The position numbers were made by a program, and so were the translations under genes. From NCBI RefSeq assembly GCF_006345805.1, contig NW_021835479.1:1-64000 (forward strand): 64,000 nucleotides of DNA, given 5' to 3'. The notes under the pieces are model-generated. The model was not told where the DNA came from, ran no database searches, and worked only from the letters and a program-made list of their open reading frames with translations. The DNA comes from Octopus sinensis (taxonomy: Eukaryota). Position 1 is the stretch's first letter, and every line of letters starts with the position of its first letter. Below, piece by piece: positions 39,930 to 53,069 of this stretch.

Positions 39930-40154
39930 TATTTCTTTACTACCCACAAGGGGCTAAACATAGAGGGGACAAACAAGGACAGACAAAGGGATTAAGTCGA
40001 TTACATCGACCCAGTGCGAAACTGGGACTTTATTTATCGACCCCGAGAGGATAAAAGGCAAAGTCGACCTCGGCGGAATTTGAACTCAGAACGTAACGAC
40101 AGACGAAATACCGCTGAGCATTTCGCCCGGCGCGCTAACGTTTCTGCCAGCTCG
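39930..40154 (-). mobile_element. Family B SINE monomer with trimer-type tail
   Basis: atttctttactacccacaaggggctaaac...gctaacgtttctgccagctcg. Confidence 0.92.
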
Positions 40155-40178
40155 AGATATATTTAAACCAAAACTTTC

Positions 40179-40330
40179 GGCGTAGGAGTGGCTGTGTGGT
40201 AAGTAGCTTGCTTACCAGGCACATGGTTCCGAGTTCAGTCCCACCTGGGCAAGTGTCTTCTGCTATAGCCTCGGGCCGACCAAAGCCTTGTGAGTGGATT
40301 TGGTAGACGGAAAACTGAAAGAAGCCCGTC

Positions 40331-40382
<52 letters not shown>

Positions 40383-40548
40383 GTGTGTGTGTGTGTGTCT
40401 GTGTTTGTCCCCCCAACATCGCTTGACAACCGATGCTGGTGTGTTTACGTCCCCGTAACTTAGCGGTTCGGCAAAAGAGACCGATAGAATAAGTACTAGG
40501 CTTATAAAGAATAAGTCCTGGGGTCGATTTGCTCGACTAAAGGCGGTG
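40179..40548 (+). mobile_element. Family A SINE, 3'-truncated
   Basis: ggcgtaggagtggctgtgtggtaagtagc...(TA)n(TG)n...gctcgactaaaggcggt. Confidence 0.92.
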
Positions 40549-40867
40549 GTAATCGACTTAATCCCATCCTCCAAATTTGAAGCCTAGTGCTTCCAGTACA
40601 ATGGATTATTATCATTATCATTATAGCAATGGATGGTAGAAGGGTGAGAGTAATTAGTGGGATCGGGTTAATCGACTACAGCTTTGTAACGAAGGTCTCC
40701 CGAGAAAAACTTTTCACCTCTAACTCCAAAAATATGTGAACTGGTGCCAATTCAAATAAAAGAAACTAATCATTATCTTATGCTCAACAAAACCTGCCTA
40801 CATTTTTATATATCTCTTGAAGAATTCAGTATCTTCCCATATATATATATATATATTCCTGTATGTT

Positions 40868-40914
<47 letters not shown>

Positions 40915-41695
40915 TCATATATGTTTTATATATATGTGTGTGTGTGTCTTTGGTCTGTGTGTGAATACACACAGACACACACATATTGTCTAGAAAAACA
41001 AGCTATTAATGTTTAAAAGAAAATTCTTCATAACATTTAGATTTAATATAAAACATGTATTTTATTTTGTGGTATATTTGCAGTTCTTGGTTTTATGTTA
41101 AATTTATTGGCATCTTGTGTTGCAAGATAAAATGGTAAGAATGCTGTAATGTTTGTGTGTGTGTGTGCTTGCGCGTGTGTGTGTATGTATGTGCGTGTGT
41201 GTGAATGATCTTAGGCCGCTTACGAAATTTAATCTGTTCGTATTAACTACGTAGTTCGAGAAATTTAAAAAAAATAATAACGAGCAAAATTGCTTCATTA
41301 AAACAACATAAAACGAAGAGAAATACCCTTTACCTTTATACTCACGCGCGCACACATGCACACACACAATTGAGAGATGTGTATATCCTTGGGGTACATT
41401 TCTAGAAAACAAATATTACATACATCTACGTGCGTGCAATTCTTACTCTTATCTCATAAAGAAGCGTGCGTCAATCCACCCAGTTTCACTCTTCCTCACA
41501 ATTCCCACTAGCCTCTCTACCTCTTTCTCTCCCACATATATTGCAAGTAGTAGGTGAGAAGGTGTCAAAGGACATAATACAACAGGTCAATACATTAAAT
41601 GCTAAAACCAAACCAAGGGCCTAAACTCCGATCTGAATCAAGAACCAGGACACAGGATGCATAGAGAAAAGAGTTGGCAATAGCCAATTGGGACC

Positions 41696-41830
41696 AGGTG
41701 ATGCGTTGTGGTCTTGAGCGGGACAATTTATTCATGATGTTTCAGTCACTTAGCTGTTGGAAATGAGTGATCCTTCAACGGACCGGCGTCCTGTCCAGGG
41801 AAGAATATATACGCCAGAGAAAATGGCCCT
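41696..41830 (+). mobile_element. Family C SINE fragment
   Basis: gatgcgttgtggtcttgagc...caacggaccggcgtcctgtccaggg. Confidence 0.65.
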
Positions 41831-41935
41831 ATGTTCCTTACAGAGTAATATGGACTAACCATTGGCAATGTCTCGAGTTGGTATAGGTTTATACTAGGAC
41901 ATGATATGAACTGGCGGTTGCAAGGCATATATGTA

Positions 41936-42501
41936 TTGGGTTGTCCGGAAATTTCGCGCCGATTTATAGTAGCTTACCTTTCGACTTATTTTAGAACATG
42001 GTTGAGTCCATAAAATAGGATTTGACTGCACCTCCATTTAGAGCACAGTTTAAGCTATCTTTTCGTGGAAGAAGGTTTATGTTCCTATAACCTGTGTTAA
42101 TTCTGTAACCCTTTAAAATGGAAGATGAGATAGTTCATTTTCGGCACTTGATTCTTTGGGGACAAGACAAAAATTGCTGCAGCTCGGCTGGGATGTGTTA
42201 CCCCACCCTCCATATTCACCAGATATTGTTCCTTTGGATTTTCAGTTACTCAGGTCTCTGCAGAATAGTCTTAATGGTAAAAATTTCAATTCCTTGGATG
42301 ACGTAAAAAGGTACCTTGATGAGTTCTTTGCCATGAAACCACCTCAGTTCTGGGAATGGGGTATTTTCAAGTTAAAGGAAAGATGGAGACACATCGTGCA
42401 ACAAAATGGTTTATATTTGGTTGATTAAAAATGTAATGGCAAGTATTTATTGACCTTTTTTTTTACTTTAAAAATCGGCACGAACTTTCCGGACAACCCA
42501 A
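41936..42501 (+). mobile_element. Internally deleted mariner (DD34D-type) element with both TIRs and TA TSD
   Basis: TIRs ttgggttgtccggaaatttcgcgccgattt and aaatcggcacgaactttccggacaacccaa. N-terminal MEDEIVHFRHLIL is joined out of frame to C-terminal TRQKLLQLGWDVLPHPPYSPDIVPLDF...ERWRHIVQQNGLYLVD*. Confidence 0.95.
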
Positions 42502-42509
42502 TATATATG

Positions 42510-42539
<30 letters not shown>

Positions 42540-42547
<8 letters not shown>

Positions 42548-42685
42548 TCCACCCCCACTCCACCAACATCGCTTGACAACCGATGCTTGTGTGTTTACGT
42601 CCCCGTAACTTAGCGGTTCGGCAAAAGACACCGACGGAATAAGTAATAGGCTTACAAAGACTGAAACAAGTAAAAGAGTAAAACG
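42540..42685 (+). mobile_element. Family A SINE 3' half with internal deletion
   Basis: caacatcgcttgacaaccgatgc...ggcttacaaagactgaaacaagtaaaagagtaaa. Confidence 0.85.
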
Positions 42686-42723
42686 GATACAATTAATTTG
42701 TTGTAACTTTGACAAATCCAGCC

Positions 42724-42761
<38 letters not shown>

Positions 42762-42918
42762 AGCGGTCAGTTTCTATTAATGTTACAATCTAAAAAACGT
42801 TTCTGGTGAAACTAAAGTTGCTCTCATTTCTTTGAAAAATAATTAAACCCTGTTTCTTATATCAAGTTCATGTTTGTTGTTTTCATAATTAAAAATATCT
42901 TTCTTCAGTGTTCCTTTT

Positions 42919-42961
<43 letters not shown>

Positions 42962-43000
42962 ACACACACACACATACACACACTCGCATATACATGCGTT

Positions 43001-43072
<72 letters not shown>

Positions 43073-43452
43073 AATGTGTGTGTGTGTGTCTGTGTGCGTG
43101 TATTTATATGTACACATACACACACGCGCACAGACAAGCAAACACGCACACATACACACACCCATACACTGAAATATATACTACACAGGAATGTAAGGTA
43201 TAGAATGAGATGGTAAGGAATGAAATTACATAAATCCATGCTTACGTTACGCTCGTTCAGTGCATGCCGAAGGTTTGAACGATATCTGCGACCAAGATAT
43301 CTTGGAAAGAGCGACATCTGTGGCAAGCTTCAGAACAACATGAGTCACGTAAGAACGGTATTTTAATAAACGAGATATCAGGAACATGGACAAAACCCAC
43401 AGTTTACATGTATTACTTTCTAACGTCCTAATTCCTTCCTCTTTCTCTCTCT

Positions 43453-43512
<60 letters not shown>

Positions 43513-43713
43513 CCATTCTCTTCGCCTTCTTTCGAATACCCAACGTACATGCATACATACATATATGTATGTGTTTGTGTGCGTGTGTGTGTGTAACTAT
43601 ATACACACACACACATACATATAAATGCATACATGTGTGTCTATATATATATACACATACATTTACATATGCACAATTATACGTACATGTTTATGCATAT
43701 ATGCGCATATATA

Positions 43714-44103
43714 GGCGTAGGAGTGGCTGTGTGGTAAGTAGCTTGCTTACGAACCACATGGTTCCGTGGCACCTTGGGCAAGTGTCTTCTACTATAGCCT
43801 CGGGCCGACCAAACCCAAGTGAGTGGATTTGGTAGACGGAAACTAAAAGAAGACCGTCGTGTATATGTATATATATGTGTGTGTGTGTGTATATATGTTT
43901 GTGTGTCTGTGTTTGTCCCCCAACATCGCTTGACAACCGATACTGGTGTGTTTACGTCCCCGTAACTTAGCTGTTCGGCAAAAGAGACCGACAAAATAAG
44001 TACTAGGCTTACAAAGAATAAGTCCTGGGCTCGGTTTGCTCGAGTAAAGGCGGTGCTCCAGCATGGCAGCAGTCAAATGACTGAAACGAGTAAAAAGAGT
44101 AAA
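43714..44103 (+). mobile_element. Family A SINE, full length
   Basis: Head ggcgtaggagtggctgtgtgg through tail gcagtcaaatgactgaaacgagtaaaaagagtaaa. Confidence 0.93.
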
Positions 44104-44765
44104 CAGAGTATATACACAAACATATGTACGTACATATAAGTATATACATTTGTGCGTATATACGTACACATATACACACAAATGCATATATATACGCACA
44201 TATATGCCTGTCTATATATATATACACACACGTAATGTAAAGGAGGTCATGAGTCATTTGCATATAATGTGTTGTTTCATTTTGCATGTGTGCAGTATGT
44301 GTGTGTGTGTGCAGGTTCGTTTGTGTGTGATTATGTATAAGATGTACTTTCCTCTCCAAATATACACGACAAAATAGATTCATAAACGAGAGTGTACGTG
44401 TTACGTATGTATGTATGTATGTATACACACACACACTTATAGACACACACATACACGTTTGTGCATTTACATGTTTCGTGAAAGTGTATATGTCACCCTA
44501 TATTTGTATATCTCTGTAATAGGATATGTCTGTAGATATTCTCAGTTTGGTTGTTGGCGTTTTGTATGTATTTGTGCATTGATGCGTATGTACAAGTGTG
44601 GGTGTCTGTGTGACCATATCTATGTCATTCTCCTTCAAATAAACTAGGACACTTATTTGATTGCACGTAAAATTCGTCAAAGACCTGCCAACCATTCCAT
44701 CCATTGCAGTTAAAGTGAGGCTTGCAAAAATGGTTGCATCCGTCTGTTATAAATTCTCTGGTAGC

Positions 44766-45100
44766 TTTTCAGACATTGGACTGAAGCCGGGTTGGCGGTG
44801 CCGCCATGAAATGTTTTAATGTTTTTGTCGAACAAATCGACTAAAATTGTTTTGTAATTATTTTGTTGAGTCTGCTGTTTATTGTATCAATATCTTTTTC
44901 TGAATCGCTAAAGTTACGAGGACGTAAACAAACCAATGGTGGTTTTCGAGTGGTGATGTTGGCGCGGATAAACTCAATGACGCTCACGTATACGTATATA
45001 CGTATATACGATGGTTCCGCACAGATTCGGTCTGTAAAATTCATTCAGACGACATTGGTCAGTGTAGAGCTATAGTGAAAAATATCTGCCAAGGCATGGG
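44766..45100 (-). mobile_element. Highly diverged family A SINE
   Basis: ttcagacattggactg...gtcgaacaaatcgac...aagttacgaggacgtaaac...gctatagtg. Confidence 0.7.
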
Positions 45101-45378
45101 CAGAGCGACTTTCTTAACTTCAGTCGAAAAACGACATATTCTTTAAATAAAACCTCGCTTGGATAACAATACAGTTCAGAATCTTATCTAGTTTAACATT
45201 TTACCTTTAATTTTATCACATTATGTGTTTACGCATGCGTATTATACATCTGCGTGTGCGTCTGTGTTGTGTGTGGTGTATGTATGTATGTATGTATGTA
45301 TGTATGTATGTATGTAGTATGTATGTATGTATGTATGTATGTATGTATGTATGCATCTCTCTCTCTCTCTCTCTCTCT

Positions 45379-45422
<44 letters not shown>

Positions 45423-45789
45423 CACATGCCGAAAGAGCTAATAATAGTTTCAAGCTTTTATAAGTATATTTATAAAATACGCCATGCATATCCAAGCAAT
45501 ATTTCAGGCTCAGTTTATGCGTTAAATATATCTTAAAAATTAGAACGCTGGACAATGAGAAAATAAGGAAAAAAAAAATGAGAAGGAGGTCGATGCAAAA
45601 GTGAAACGAAAAGGAAGAAACGAAAAAGAGTAAAAATGAAGATGTCCGTCCTCCCTGATTTGCAGAAACCACAATTAATACAGCTGGTATGGAACAAAAT
45701 AAGAGAAAATAGGTCAATGTCTACGAGGCAGCAACTTAATCCAGAGTGGATGATGTCCTCTAGTTCGACAAAAGAAACCTGTCCTGTTT

Positions 45790-46300
45790 GCACCTGCTAA
45801 AAGTTTCAGCTCTGGAATTAAGCAGAGTGGTGAAATTCTTAGATGAAGGATTTTTTTTTCTGCAACGCATAAATTGCATTTCTTAGTTCCACACGGCTCG
45901 GATTTCTCCACGATTCTCCATTTGATTGTATGTGATATGGAGTTGGTCTTCAAACTCCATACGTATTGAGCCAACTTAGTTGCATCAATTTTGTCAATGT
46001 GCTAGTAAGAAGTTAGGGTTTGCGTGACGTTTTTTTATTTAAATTGCTTTCGCATAACCTGACATAATTCTTCGTTTCAATCAAGTTTATCTTGAAGTTA
46101 TGCTGTTACTTCTGCCTCTTATATGACGGAGTTTATCATACTCGCCTGGTCAATTGGACAAGATTCATACACATTTCTTCTCCCTCTTATATGTGTGTGT
46201 AGCTTTCTTACCATTATACTTGCAGAGACAAATTGCTATGCCTTTCTTTTGGAGCTCACTATTTTCTTAACAACTCAAAGAAAACTCAAAAATTTTGACA
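45790..46300 (-). mobile_element. Penelope-like element GIY-YIG endonuclease relic
   Basis: With stops and frameshifts: ESCPIDQ...SVI*EAEVT...ETKNYVRLCESN...KRHAN...DATKLAQYVWSLKTNSISHTIKWRIVEKSEPCGTKKCNLCVAEKKIL, matching the PLE C-terminal pattern CPL.G.C...VIY.A...YIG....FK.RY.NH...T.LS.YIW.LK...I.W.I...CNLC..EK. Confidence 0.85.
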
Positions 46301-47070
46301 GGTATACTCAGACACTAAGATCATATGGAATAATCTTCGACACATTCTTGATGCCTATACACGAACTACTAGCTTCTAAGCTGTTTGCTTCCTATCCTGT
46401 CTATTGGGGCACACGTACTCTTTAAGTCGAGCAACGACACATATGCAAGCATATGTTTACACAGACATGTATACATCTGCATATATACTTATATATGTAA
46501 AATACGAAACATAACATATATATATATATATATAATGTAATGTACATTTATTTTCAAACTCATGCAAAGTATAAACTCATGAATAAATATATATACATAA
46601 ATGCCGATAAGGATTGGGCCAGAGAAGGAATTTCATGGATGCATAAATATAGACGGGTGTGTTTTCATTCCCAGACTTCTTTTTGACAACTTCTGACTCA
46701 ACCACTACTATTCATTAAACACAGTGAGTAATTTCATCTAACTCTTAAAGTTTCCAAAGCTGTTAATAAGTCGTAGAGGTCAATCAATGTTACAAAGTTT
46801 GGTGCGTTGCTCCCCAAACAGTTATATTTAAGAAGAGGAAGCTTTACGTTTACATTAACAACAGTTACAATTGAATTGTCAAATACGAACGGGGTAAGGC
46901 TTAAAGAAACTTCTAGAAATTTCCATTCACCCAACACAATATTCTTCACGATCGCGAAAAATAAATTAATTAAATTAACTTAATTAATTTATTGAAACTG
47001 CGACGATTAGAATATTAGCATATATTTGTATATATTTTCTTATCATTTAAATTTATGATTTTTGCCATAC

Positions 47071-47113
<43 letters not shown>

Positions 47114-47564
47114 GAGAGAGAGTGAAAGAGAAAGACGGCAGATAGAGAGAACTAAAATAGAATTGATCTTATTGGTTTCAACTGCTTGTATAACTAATTA
47201 ACCACGTAATGAACACAAGTGCTTTATATGCAAATTAGTAAAACTAGTTTAACCGAGTCGGTCTTTAATGCACTACAAATAACTTTAATCTACTAAATTT
47301 ACCGTCGACAAATGAGTCTTCTTTCTCTGCGGAAGATATGTAAAGGATAGAAACAAATCAAAAACAAATTTCTGTGCTGCAAACATTTTGTTTACTTTTG
47401 GTCATCCAATTGTAGTAATTGAAGTTGTTATTTAGCACTCGTTTAGAGCTGATCCAGCAGAAATATGATCAAAAACATTGCAGCCGCGACCATCTTTTTT
47501 ATTTCTGGGATGCGTATGACTACTTAGTGAGAGTTCATAAAAAGAAGAAAAAGCAAAATTACGT

Positions 47565-47803
47565 TCTCCAGTCATAGCGACTCATAAGGGCCATTTTCCA
47601 GGTTTGTCTGGCTTATATATTCTCCACCTGGACGGGACGCCCGTCCGTCGCAGGATTAACTCATTTTTGCCTTCTGAGTGGACTGGAGCAACGTGAAATG
47701 AAGTGTTTCGCTCAAGAACACAACGCATCGCCAGGTCCAGGAAAGGAAACCACAATCTTACGATAAGGAGTCCAACACCTAACTACTAAGCCACATGTCT
47801 CAA
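47565..47803 (-). mobile_element. Family C SINE
   Basis: Reverse-complement head gtggcttagtagttaggtgttggactcc...ggtttcc; core cctgcgacggacgggcgtcccgtccagg. Confidence 0.85.
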
Positions 47804-47984
47804 CAATGTGTGTGTGTTGGTAGCATAGCTGTGTGTTGGTGGTGTTGTGGAAGGTGGTGGTGTTGTGGAAGGTGGTGGTGTTGTGGGTTGTGTTGGTGTG
47901 GGTGGTGTTGTGTGGAAGTGATGGCGGTGGTAATGGTTGTGGTGATGGTAATGGTGATGATATAGCAATGGTGATGAGACAGTT

Positions 47985-48023
<39 letters not shown>

Positions 48024-48405
48024 ATTATGTTTGTCAGTGGTAATGGTCATAGTATCTGCAGTAGTTGTAGTGTTGAAATGGTGTTGGTGGTTGCGATAGT
48101 GCTAGTAATGGTGAGTGTGAGGTAATAGTGATGAAGTGACATTAGTCAGTGGGGGTGGGGTCACGGATTAACAATGTTAGTGGAGACGACCATAGTTATG
48201 ATGGCAGTTGTAGGTTTTTTTAAACAAAATTGTCTAAGGTCATACGGAAGCACCGAAACTAGAATGGGCGGGAGACAAAGGTGGCATCGGGATGAATAAT
48301 ATATATATATATTCAGTTAAACAACACCTCATTCACATGTGCTCCGCTTTTGCAATACATTAACCTTCATAGTCACAGTATTTTTAGCAATATAGAAGAC
48401 ATCTA

Positions 48406-48581
48406 AGCAGCGAGCTGGCAGAAACGTTAGCACGCCGGGCGAAATGCTTAGCGGTATTTCGTCTGTCTTTACGTCCTGAGTTCAAATTCTGCCGAGGTCG
48501 ACTTTGCCTTTCGGGGTCGATAAATTAAGTACCAGTTGCGTACTGGGGTCGATCTAATCGACTGGCCCTAGAGTAGAAAAT
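48406..48581 (+). mobile_element. Family B SINE with two internal deletions and a 17-bp TSD
   Basis: TSD aat(a/g)tagaaga(c/a)atcta at 48389-48405 and 48582-48598. Confidence 0.9.
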
Positions 48582-49500
48582 AATGTAGAAGAAATCTACT
48601 ACTGGTACACTGGTGGTCGCTGTGTTGGCCCAACCCAACCGTTAGCAAACACATCTAATGCGCTGGTAGTCATAGTTCCAACTGCATTTTACTTCCACGT
48701 AGCAGATGTCCATACTGCACAGTCCTATCAACTAAAGTTGATTTTATAGCAAACATTGCAAAGTATGATTGTGCGGTAGTGTCGGCATGATAGTGTTTTA
48801 GTAGTTTCCCTGTGAAGCTAGTTACTATATTTCCTCAGTTAACGATATATAAGTGTATCGCAAATTTACTAGATTTAAAATATTATTCACTAACCAAAAA
48901 GAAAGATAATCTAAAAATGAAAGAAATTTTAAGCATTTTCATTAATAAGAACTTGACAGGTCCTGGCTTTAATTTGATCATGTTAATCTTATAATTTTAG
49001 CAGTTCCGATACATTGCACATGAGACACATTATGTAGCTTTAAAGCACGTCTATAGTACTAGAAAGCACTAATTAATCTGAAATCTAAATCTCGAAGGAG
49101 CAACACTCGACTAACAGTACTTTGCTACAAAGTAACTCGAATGTATCTAGGATTCAAACTTCCCATTGTATACCATAAAAGCTACTTCTTCACCAAATAA
49201 GTAGGCAAATAAAACGTGTAAACTATTTTACACACTATACGTCTAGATGCTTTCTGTTGTCTGTTCGACTGATGCGTCATTGTTTGAAGAAACATAACCA
49301 GGTGTAAGATTGCTTTCGCCGACAGAACAATTTGAAAGAATTTCTCGAGGTGTACGTTCTTTTTAGCTGTTTGACGTTTTGATGGCTGAGTGAAACAAAG
49401 CTGAATCAATTGACGTAAAGAAAGGTGTTACTCGGCCAGTGTCGGCGTATCACAGTAGCTTAAGGTTTCACCAAGACACACACACACATATACGCAGAAA

Positions 49501-49583
<83 letters not shown>

Positions 49584-49632
49584 TACATACACACACATAT
49601 ATATATACATATATATAAATATACATATATGC

Positions 49633-49665
<33 letters not shown>

Positions 49666-49689
49666 ATATATATATATACATATATATAT

Positions 49690-49720
<31 letters not shown>

Positions 49721-49757
49721 TTATATATACTTGCATATATAAACATATACATATATA

Positions 49758-49815
<58 letters not shown>

Positions 49816-50969
49816 GTGTGTGTGTATATATATATACACACACATACATATATATACACATATATAAACATATGTATGTATACAGACACACACACACACA
49901 CTCACACATTTATGAACGTATGCATGCAGATAATCACTTTTCTTATTTTTATATCCTTACACAGCGACATTCGATATTTAAAACGCGGGCGTCGGTTTTA
50001 TAAAAAAAATATATCTCATTTGAGTTTATCTTCAGCGACTTACAGCCTTTAATCTCGGGTTGCTGCGAAAAATTACATTAACCGTCTCCGACTAAAAATA
50101 AACATAATCAAACGCACGCACACAACACACACACACACACACACAGGCACAGATGTACACACACGCACAAACACACATAAACAAATAAACAAACAAACAG
50201 GCAGGCACGTATAACCCGCACATGAAACGTATTGTAAGGTGGTGTCTCTCAGGTTTTATGGTTAAGGTGTGTGAATTGGACGGACTGATAGTGAAGTACA
50301 GACTACGTGTTGTACTTTAGTTGAAATTCACAGCGTGAATTGATCAAAAAGATTTTTGGGGTGGAAGTAAAAAAAAAAAAATTAAAAATAAAAAAAGAGA
50401 TAAAGAAATAAAAACAAGACAAAAGAAAAAAGCACCGGACAGGAGCAATTGCAAAAGAACGGTGGGATGTGGAAAAAGAGAGAAAAGTGATACAAAAGTG
50501 AAGAGGAAGGGAGAGGATTTTTTTAAGAAATGCCCAAAGAAGACGGATCAGGAAATAGATGAAGGGAGCTAAATATATAAAAGAAAATAAAGAATGCAGA
50601 TTATGTGAGGAGAAGATGAGAGAAGGTTATAAAAGTAATCTTTATTGCTCTTTTGGGAGCATTTTTGCTTTATTTTTTGCCTTATTTTTTTAACGTTGCG
50701 ATTGTATGATATCGAAGACTTATAATGAAATATCAATGTATATAACAAATGCACGCTGCACACACAAACATCTACACACTCATTAAATCGATTTGCATAT
50801 ATTCACACATAGTTAAATGCGATCACACATATTCACACGAATATAAAGACACTCCCCGCACGCCAACCTCGTCGATCTATGCGGACTTTCGACGCCCGCC
50901 AGTTTCTTGTGTCTTTTAACCTTTTTTATATTAATTCCCATGTGTCTGTGTGGGGGAGGGTGCAGATAT

Positions 50970-51057
50970 AGGGTTGTGGTTAAGAAATTCTCTGAGTAGC
51001 CATGGGATTCCGGTTTCGCTCCCACTGCGTAGGGCCCTCAGCAAGTGTCTTTTACTA
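50970..51057 (+). mobile_element. Family A SINE head fragment
   Basis: gttgtggttaagaa...ccggtttcgctcccactgcgt...gcaagtgtctttt. Confidence 0.65.
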
Positions 51058-52076
51058 AGTGTAATGAATCTAGTACATGGAAATTGCCTTAAAGCCAAAT
51101 ATGTGTGTCAGTGTGTGTTTATATAAATATATACCCACATATATATACACATAAATATATTCATTATATGTATATATAATATATAACACATGAAATTCCC
51201 GGTCGTCTGTATCGTCCTCATAATATATATATATATATATACATCCATTGCGTTTGTTTTTGCATATGCCTGCAGCAAGAAGGAATGATAAAACGGTGAA
51301 TCAAATAAAAATTACTGTGCACAAGACCCTTTATACCTAGGTAAACTTAGCTATTCGATAGATAAAATTTAATGAAATAAATGCCAGACAATATAACAGG
51401 GTTGGCATACTTGAACAAAACCCTGGAATGCAGTAATCCAACAAAGAGCTGCAGTCCAAAGAATGGAATTGGAAAAATAAAGAACATATGTGTTTGATTG
51501 TATGCATATGTACGTTGTAAGCAATTTCTTTGCTCAGTATAATGCAACAAACAACTGTGGAATTTTAAGTAAATGCTATATGATATTTGCTGGTCTGAAC
51601 CTGTTGCCTACGTCAGATGCTCAGTATTACAGGCTGGTCTCAAGTCTGCAGGTTTAGTATATTAAAATTCTTACATTTATTAGCGTGTAAGCAGAATGGT
51701 CTGTGATGAGCTTGTTGTTAACAAACAGACACATCTAAGTTTATTTTCTTTCAGTTTTAGCTCATCCTTTATCAACCTTGTTATGCTTTAGTATCTTAAA
51801 TTTTACAATACTGCCGTACACTTGCTCTCGTTGCTAATGCTTAACTGTTAGTAAGCCAAGATGGCGTACTTTTAACTCTTTGCCTGTTATATGTACCACG
51901 TGATACACTGAACATATTTCCCTGGCGTCCATGCATTATATATAACACAGTTTTTTTTTTTTCAACTACCAGACTAACTTGGGCCTTATGAAAAGAAAGC
52001 TTTATATTATTGAGAACGTATGAAACAAGGGCTAACTATATATATATATATAATAATTTGAGGGAATATTATCAAT

Positions 52077-52112
<36 letters not shown>

Positions 52113-52363
52113 ATAATTTGAGGGAATATTATTCCTAACTTACAGGGAAAAATTCATTTAGAAATACTTAATCAAATTTCACAAAATATAATATATATAT
52201 AAAAATTAGAAAAAAACCACCTTTTATCAATTCAAAATGAACAGTTAAATTACACCATCTAGAAAATTACATATAATAGAAATATTAAATATAAAATAAC
52301 AACAATATACCGATGATTAAGTAATGTGCAAAATAATAAATAAAACGTACATATTTGGTAGAA

Positions 52364-52467
52364 TAATGACACGTGTTTCGTGGCTGTATTTAAGAAAGAA
52401 TTATAGTAAAAAAATTAGTAGTAATAGTAAAATCACTTCGATATAAATATAGCCACTCATCAGGTTA
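52364..52467 (-). ncRNA. Type I hammerhead motif with long stem II, in an AT-rich PLE-like element (about 52110-52930)
   Basis: TAAC-CTGATGA-GTGGCT...AGCCAC-GAAAC-ACGT-GTC-ATTA. Canonical core, GUC cleavage triplet and palindromic ACACGTGT stem III. Confidence 0.8.
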
Positions 52468-53069
52468 AAAATAAACTACAATAATAAAATTATTAATTAA
52501 TAAATATACGTAAATAATCTTTTAAAATATAAATATATTCTTTAAAATAGATATCTATATATAAGATACTAAATATACATTAAGTAAAAACTAAATACAA
52601 TACTTTAAATTATATACATTAAATTAGATTATTAATTAATATGTTTATTTAATAAACATCCAAATACAGTCTAATACCCATTAAGCAATTAATACTAAAA
52701 CCTTAAAATTAATTAATATACACAATGCTAGTACAAGCCATTAATACTGGAATCAAAATAAGAAATGGTTCAAATATAGACACACTCATTAAATAAACTA
52801 ACTATATAATTAATATATATGTGTAGTTTCTATAGATTTAATATATCACTCAATAATATAGTTGACCAAAATATCAATTAATATAAAACCTAATTTACTT
52901 AAATTTAATACTACTTAATATATATACCAGCTAATTATTAAATATATATATGAGAGTTTACGAGAAACAGGCAAAGGGTTGATGTCCATTCATGATTCTC
53001 CTGTCCTTTGTCCATACACAGTGTATCTAAGACGAAACAGTAGCAATCCCCATTATTATTGTTTACCTC

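Noticed and set aside
47820-47910. 18-bp GT-rich tandem repeat
   Set aside because: Low-complexity GGT/GTT derivative with no spacers, so it is not CRISPR-like.
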